Part shown: positions 57,793-64,000 of the stretch, piece by piece
How positions within the stretch are numbered: position 1 is the first letter of the stretch
How the letters are laid out: each line of letters begins with the position of its first letter
DNA from: Dudresnaya verticillata
Lineage: Eukaryota
NCBI GenBank assembly: GCA_977862235.1
Contig: OZ374563.1
Span: 1,116,001 to 1,180,000 of the forward strand
Reading direction: 5' to 3'
DNA length: 64,000 nucleotides
Notes under the pieces: generated by a model
What the model was told of the DNA's origin: nothing
Databases searched by the model: none
The model's input: only the letters and a program-made list of their open reading frames with translations
Program-made: the position numbers and the translations under genes

Positions 57793-58286
57793 TAACTTTC
57801 TAGAACATTAATGTACGTCTCAAAGTAAATCATTGCGGATTGCGAACGCTTCCAATGATTCTAAGACATACAAGTCCCATGTGTTTGTGAGGTTATGATG
57901 CACGTGAATTCTTCCCTGAAAGCAGGACTTATATGTCTTGTCTGATTACAATGACCCTACAACGGTTCTGAGACATATGTATCCCATCGGATTCTCTACA
58001 AGATTGTGAACAAAGCCCCCGATGCGTGCGGGACTCATATGTCCCTACATATAATGCTCCTGGAACACGCCTTATCCCTTTAATGGGATCTGCGGAAAGT
58101 TGAAGTCAGAACGAATCACACGAAATAAACAAACAAACAAACACTTTTACTTATGCGCTGCTAGCAGCTAGCTATTGGCATTTCTCTATACAACTCCATT
58201 CAAGCAATCTAATCGCTTTTGGAATCCTGATTCAAGGATGCATCCTCGGAACTCGCAGCGAGCTAGTTACACTCCCTTCCAGTATC

Positions 58287-60110
58287 CTAAGCGCTTTTGG
58301 AATCATCCTCGGAACTAGAAGAAGAAGAGTTCTTTTCTTGCTCGACGTATTCGCTGTCCTGCTCACTCTCCTCGTCATTGTTACGTCCATCTCCCGACTC
58401 TTCACCTGAATCCGACAATAGTCCCCTCTCCCTCGCTACTGCTTCTGGAATTCCGTGCTTCACCTCGTCTGGAAGGGAGGCCGGGGAAATTGCGGATGTG
58501 TCAACGCCAAGTCTGCCGGTGCGGGAGGACACGTTCTTCTGTGGGGTTGTCGGCTGAAGTGGTGCATCCTCCTTGTCGGAGTCATCGTCGCCATCAGATA
58601 TATCCATTGCGGACTGATCTGCGCGACCCGAACGGTTCTCCTGGCGCGATTTCTTGGACTTGCCCTTCCCACTGGGAGGCGTACGCTTGCTCGTGTATTC
58701 AATTTCGTACACCTGCTCCTCCTGCAGCTGTTCCTCCGAAGAAGAACTGGAGGAATCTTCCGAACAGCCGGAATCATCTTCCGCATATCCACGGGACGGT
58801 CCAGCGCCACCTTGACCGGGAATAGCAGACTTGTTGCCGTGAGACATATCTGTCTTACGAGCTGAAATCTCCAAATCTTCATCGGACGGCAGATCTGGAT
58901 TCAGATCCACCTCATCGCCTGAGGCACTCCACCCGGAGGAAACAGATCCAAAGTCTTTTCCCTCCCAGAACTCCTGAGAATGCACCTCGAAAATGTCTTC
59001 TCCTTCTAAGACAGCCTTCGTGATAGCTCCTGGAGAATAACACCATTAGTGACACGTGCCGTTTCCATCTCGGATAGGCGGCATTCGATGGGAACGTCGT
59101 TTGCCAGATTCTCCGCCTGTATCTCTTTCAACTCCTTGAGATAGTATTCCCTCGCTTCTGGGTATCCCGTCGCCACTTCCTGCACGGGAGGCAGGAAAAG
59201 CTGGAAAGTCGGTGGAAACGCGAATGTCCTTGCGCGGGTCGTACGGCTTTTTCCCGGCCCTGTAGAATTTTTCCACACAGCTCGCTTCCGTGTAAAGGTT
59301 CCAGGAAACCATTCGCGCCTTCTGCGTCCGCATAGAAATCGGCATATCCACAGAGAAAGCATAGTCTCCTTCAATAAGCAGGATGTCACCAGCGTGTAGA
59401 CGATGCTTTTTATTACCCTCGGAGTAGAATGCGCGAGTCGAATGCGCCGAGACCGGAGGTTTTCCACACTGGCGGAACGTTTGAATGACGTTTTCGCCCG
59501 CAGTAGTAATACACGCGTATTGGCGACGCCACCCAACGGAAGCGAGGACGGTGGGTGGTGCTTCAAACTCTCCGCCCAGGTACATAAAGCATCGGTAGGA
59601 AGGTTCGTCTTTCTCCTCGTAGAAAAACGCGTTGCAAAACCCTCCGGTCGAATTTGTGAGCATTTGCGGTGTCGAGACATAGTATGTCTCAGACGTTCCG
59701 GCTCGAACAAATTCGGCAACCGTTGCCATGACCGTGCTCAGATGAGACTTCATCGGGAAGAAGGACTTCCGGGTGTGCCACATCGCTGAAGGAAGATGGT
59801 CCAGTGGGCTGAAGAGGCCCGTGCTGACAACTCGAGTTCCCCCCAGTGTAGACCAATCCTTCTCCCACAGACCCTTGCTCTCGCGGGTCGGGGCAATCGA
59901 CTTTCCTGGCGTCTTGAGAAAAGCTTGATAATCGGGCCAAACCATTCCCGCAAAGCCATTCAGGGTCAGATCGCTGAACCACGACTCCTGGTTACCCTTG
60001 ACGTAGAGCTTGACTTTACGCAGACGGATAGTGCGAGACTGCATCGACCGAAAGGACGACCCGATGCCGATGTAGGCTCGCTGAGCGGGTTTCTTGGAGG
60101 TATTGGTCAT
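58287..60110 (-). pseudogene. Unknown gene with a globular N-terminal domain and acidic Ser/Asp/Glu tail, disrupted near 59050-59200
   Basis: ATG at 60110. ORFs 59046 and 58287 share a frame across a TAA, and an alternative frame looks more protein-like at 59050-59200. Confidence 0.6.
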
Positions 60111-60885
60111 CGCGAGACAGATATGTCCTACGTCGACTTCCCAAAATTTGGTGGGGAAGCGGATCCGCGGATAGCGCACTGTCGCGCGAGCGCCACCGCA
60201 AGGGGAATGGAAAGGGAAAGTGAGAGAAGGGGTAGGGACAGGCGCGCACCACGCGTGGTTAGGGTCTGGAATCGCTAGGGGTGGCTGTGAGGATGACCCG
60301 CGTCGAAGAAACACGTAGGGGCTCTTATTGACGTGCGCGAGGTGATTGGGTGGAGAGTGTACACCATCGTCGGGCAATTATTGTCCGGATTGTCGGGCAG
60401 AATGAGACGCGTGGCAAAGTTTTCCAACTGCTTCGACCCATCGATATCCCCTTTTTCGCGGTGACTTTTTGCTGCCGTTACTGCCCGCCTTACACAGGGT
60501 CCGTCACACGGGACAAAAATTCAAGCATTTCACGGCGGGAAACCGGAAGGTATCCGCCGGGCCACGGCGCGGGAAAATCTCGTCGACGTGTACGAATTTT
60601 TGAGCCGCTTCCCTTCAACGGGGCGGGGCGTGCCCCGTCTGCAGACGGTCTCGACGCGATACCTGAACCGGCCCGTCCCCCCGACGACCGACGCTCGGCG
60701 ACTCGACGATTGCGTTGGCGCGGAAATGCGGAACGGAAAGGGTACTGGCGCGATAAACACTACATCTACTCGCCCACACACTCGGGCGTCCTCTGCACGA
60801 CTCCTCTTCCCCCTTCCTTCACCCCCTCCACCACTCCCTCGCTTAGCCACGCACCCCACCCTTCACCCAACCACAACCCACAGCC

Positions 60886-61055
60886 ATGGAGGACGACGAA
60901 TGGGGTATTTTCCACCGCAACCATCTGATCGCGAAAGGTGGAGACCCTGCTGACGACGACAGCGAGAGCTCGAGCTCCGAAGAAGAAGTCGTCGTGACCG
61001 TTCCACGTCGGGTAAAGCGCCGTTAACGCGCTAAGAAGAAGAGCGACGCTGAAAA
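60886..61055 (+). pseudogene. Start of a third unknown gene (MEDDEWGIFHRNHL...), with a stop at 61024 and cut by LTR C
   Basis: C-rich leader and GCCATGGAGGACGA start, the same as the 55549 gene. Acidic then basic sequence. Confidence 0.4.
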
Positions 61056-61997
61056 AGTGGCATAGGCGTCAGGTCGAACTGACGTCTAGCTGCGCTGGTC
61101 GGTCAGTCGCACCCAGACCCGTCGAAGGGTGGTAGCTGTGGTGGTAGAGCGGTGGTGTCGGCCGCGCGCGCCGTCGACGGTCGCGGATCAACGGCGTCGA
61201 AGCCTGAGCGCGAACGGGGCATACCGTACGCGGGCGGCAGCGGCCGGATCCCTGCGTCCCCGTCGTGGGGCGGCACGAAGCCGACGATAGGGAAAGGAAA
61301 AGGAAAGCCTAGACGGCTAGGGAAAGAGGGAAGCCGTAGGGCGAAGGACTGGGAAAGAAACCCAAAGCAGAAAGGGCAAGCCTGGCGTAGGCTGGCTTCC
61401 CTTGGTTTACTGAAGCCCAGAGGGGCGACTACTAGATATACTACAGGGCCTGCGGCGGCACCAACCCGGGAGGTGCGCCGGCGCGCCCCAACACGCGTCG
61501 ACGCGTACGGGTAACGGTAACCCGGGGGCGCGCGTAGGCGGAACGGTCCACACGTACTCAACGGCTCGACGCCGGAGTGCGCGCGCGCGTGTCACGCACT
61601 CAACGGCTCTGCGCCGGAGTGCGTGCGCACAGCGCGCGGGACAGCAGGGCGTTCGACCGCTGCTTACACTAGAGGGTGCTGTACACTTACAAAACAATAA
61701 ACGTAGAAGTTACATGGGAGTTTTAGTGTCACACGCGAACGCGTGTACACGTGGGCGGCACTGCGCACTCCCTTACAGTTCAGCGGGGCTTCGGCGCCAC
61801 CGGCTGACAGCGTGCGCACAGCAGTGCACACGTGGCGCAGCTGGTCTTACAGCTGCGCGCGCCACTGCGCACTTCCTTACAGTTCAGCGGGGCTTCGACG
61901 CCACCGGCTGACAGCGTGCACACAGCAGTGCACACGTGGCGCAGTTGGTCTTACAGCTGCGCGTGCGTGGCACAGCTGGTCTTACAGCTATGCCACA
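61056..61997 (-). mobile_element. Probable 3' LTR of a third LTR retrotransposon C (body continues beyond the window)
   Basis: Inverted termini (a)gtggcatag...ctatgccaca, followed by the PPT complement caaccccccccctcaag. Same internal layout as LTRs A and B. The partner LTR is not in the window. Confidence 0.7.
61759..61989. repeat. 104-bp tandem duplication plus a partial third copy in the U3 region of LTR C
   Basis: cactgcgcact(c/t)ccttacagttcagcgggg... starts at 61759 and 61863. Confidence 0.9.
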
Positions 61998-62332
61998 CAA
62001 CCCCCCCCCTCAAGCGCGAACGCCTCGGTCGCGACCGTTACAACGCGCACGCTGTGGGGTGGCCAAGACGGCGCCCGGGATTGGCCAGCAGGCTCCCGGG
62101 CATCCGTCGGTGACGGGCGTCGATGCCACGTCGGGTGTGCCCGCGCTGAGCCGCGACGGGCTATTTAGGGAGCCGCCTCTGCGGCTCCGAGCGGTGGGTC
62201 GTCTGGTCATCGCTCACCACGACCACCAACACTCCCTCCCCCACGCGTACAGCTGCCTGTCGACCAGTGCCATACGCGCCAAGCTTTCGACGCTCTTAAC
62301 TTCCTCCCCCCATCGCCAGCGTCGACGCGGCG

Positions 62333-64000
62333 ATGGAGTCACGCGAACCGATCGCGGACGGCGCCCCCGCCGAGGGGGCGCCGGTTACCAAGCCCACCTC
62401 CTCGACTGAGTCAGTCGTAGGGGGTGGGCCTGCCGAGCCGGTGCCAAGGGCGCCGGCTGGCGGAGAGGCGCGGGCTTCGAAGGCCGCGCCAACCGCAGAG
62501 CGACCTTCGACGGTCGCTACAGAAGAGGCGCAACCTTCGACGGTTGCGCCAGAAGAAGCGCCCCCATCGAAGGGTGCGCCGGGAAAGGCCGGGGCTGCTG
62601 CGCCGGCTTCGTCCGCCGGGGCGGGTGGCGTCGACGCCAACCCCACCCCAACGCCCGCCGCTGACGTCTGGTCAGAGGCGGTGGCCCTTGCTGCGGCGCA
62701 GGGCAAGAGAGTGAAGGACCCGAGTGGGGCGGCCTCTGCCGCCCCGCGCCCAGTAGCGGCGGCTCGGGTCTTTCAGCCGACTGGCCCGCCTCGCGCAGGG
62801 CCTACGGCTCACAGCAATCAACCCGCGTCGACGCGAGGAGGGGCATCCGCGGAGCAGCCTTCGCGCTCCGCGGTGCCGATGGTGGCGAGGGTGCTCGACC
62901 TGAGTCGGTCGAGGTCACCCACGCCATCAGGGTCGGGGAAAGTCCCCGCAGCGGCGGCACCCTTTGTGCCGCGCGATTCTAGTGGCTTGGGGCCGTCGAC
63001 GGCCCCGACGCCGTCTTTCGTGGCCTCTGCCAACGCAGAGGGGGAGGCCGCGGGCGTGGGTGAGTCCACCGCTGCGCCCGTCGAGCCTCTTGTTGGGGTG
63101 TCGGTCTCAGTCGGACCGCCCCTCATGGGCCAGGCGCCCCCTGGACAGCACGCGCCCCCGACCGAGACGGTCTTCGCCTGGGGGGCGCCGCGCCACCAGA
63201 TCCCGCTGGATCAGTGGCGCGGGCTGCAGGAGCCTCGAGCAGACGTCCGGCGGCTCCTGAGGGTGGCCCACGCGAGCGTGGACGGAGGGGCGGCAGCGTA
63301 TGCCGCTTTCCTCCCGGCGGACGCCATAGTCTGTCTCACGCCGTTGGGGTTACCCTGCGACGTTTCTTACGTCGCTTCCCTTGAGGAGCTTCGGCGGGTG
63401 GACAGGGCAGCCGATGCCCTCTTCCTGACACCCGCCGATGAGTGGGCCCCGCCCCTGCCTGTCACCACCCCCGAGATGCGCACGGTGCCCGTCGACGAGC
63501 CCGTGGACCTCGCGCACCGTCTGGCCGATGCCGACTCTGCCCGCCGCCTCTTTGGGGTGTGCTTCGGGGAGCGGGATTGGGACGTGTGCAAGGCCCCGGG
63601 CGAAGGACGCCCGTCAAAGGGGTGCAAGTTGCACCCGGCGCTCGATGCGGCCTGGTTCCCATCAGCGGAGTGGTACTCCCACCGGGAGACTCCATCGGGA
63701 TTCACTATCCCGTGGATAACCGTAGACCGGTATTTCCACTACGCGACAGTCGGTCGCGTAGCTGCTCGTCGTGAGCTCCTGGCTAGGCGCTCAGATGAAT
63801 ACGCCTTCGAGGTGGGCCGCCGCTACTGCAGCGAGCTCCTCGCGAAGGGGACAGGCTGGGTCTTCGACGACCGCCTGATTAATTTCCTCGCGACCGGCTG
63901 GTCAAGCGAGAGGCCGTGTTTCCCAGACTTGCTCCGTCCTTCGGATGGCACGTCTTTTGGCTTCGGCGAGCTACTCGGCGTAGTCCGCCGAGTGGCTGCG
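62333..64000 (+). CDS. Antisense accessory ORF of element C, at least 556 aa and open to the window end (absent from the ORF track)
   Basis: Manual translation from ATG 62333 (MESREPIADG...) has no stop through 64000. Ala/Pro-rich N-half and globular C-half similar to the Gypsy A antisense ORF. Confidence 0.8.
   Translation, partial: MESREPIADGAPAEGAPVTKPTSSTESVVGGGPAEPVPRAPAGGEARASKAAPTAERPSTVATEEAQPSTVAPEEAPPSKGAPGKAGAAAPASSAGAGGVDANPTPTPAADVWSEAVALAAAQGKRVKDPSGAASAAPRPVAAARVFQPTGPPRAGPTAHSNQPASTRGGASAEQPSRSAVPMVARVLDLSRSRSPTPSGSGKVPAAAAPFVPRDSSGLGPSTAPTPSFVASANAEGEAAGVGESTAAPVEPLVGVSVSVGPPLMGQAPPGQHAPPTETVFAWGAPRHQIPLDQWRGLQEPRADVRRLLRVAHASVDGGAAAYAAFLPADAIVCLTPLGLPCDVSYVASLEELRRVDRAADALFLTPADEWAPPLPVTTPEMRTVPVDEPVDLAHRLADADSARRLFGVCFGERDWDVCKAPGEGRPSKGCKLHPALDAAWFPSAEWYSHRETPSGFTIPWITVDRYFHYATVGRVAARRELLARRSDEYAFEVGRRYCSELLAKGTGWVFDDRLINFLATGWSSERPCFPDLLRPSDGTSFGFGELLGVVRRVAA

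Noticed and set aside
55077..60495. gtgtaaggc / gccttacac as terminal inverted repeats of the gene cluster
   Set aside because: Only 9 bp, with no extension and no TSD.
1..64000. CRISPR array, rRNA/tRNA genes, prokaryotic defence operon
   Set aside because: No repeat-spacer structure, cloverleaf or operon-like gene set is visible. The content is eukaryotic retroelements.

Overview
A eukaryotic, transposon-dominated window with no prokaryotic operon, CRISPR, rRNA or tRNA gene. The host looks red-alga-like, but that is only an impression from retroelement protein style. From left to right: (1) 1-16394 is a near-identical tandem array (4563/3751-bp units). Each unit carries a low-complexity protein gene with an all-Cys PHD/ADD-like zinc finger and a 77-nt hairpin. 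Two units hold a 5'-truncated CRE-like non-LTR retrotransposon with a 10-bp TSD and two have the empty site. (2) 16.4-19.9 kb is retroelement debris. (3) 19899-37309 is a DIRS/PAT-like tyrosine-recombinase retrotransposon (ORF1, RT-RNaseH-MT, YR; 278-bp direct repeats). It is split in its RNase H motif by a 13-kb Ty3/Gypsy chromovirus (22036-35026). (4) 38428-46706 is a second, internally deleted, apparently chimeric Gypsy element with the same 18-nt PBS. (5) 47-55 kb holds two paralogous unknown genes, another CRE 3' end, an inverted relic of the array unit and a gag relic. (6) 55-61 kb is a cluster of unknown genes studded with about 12 copies of a palindromic RRGAC-N6-GTCYY motif. (7) 61-64 kb is a third LTR followed by an unannotated ORF of at least 556 aa. 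The strongest novelty candidates are a conserved antisense accessory protein shared by two different LTR families, the motif-studded gene cluster, and the end structure and dual coding of the YR element.
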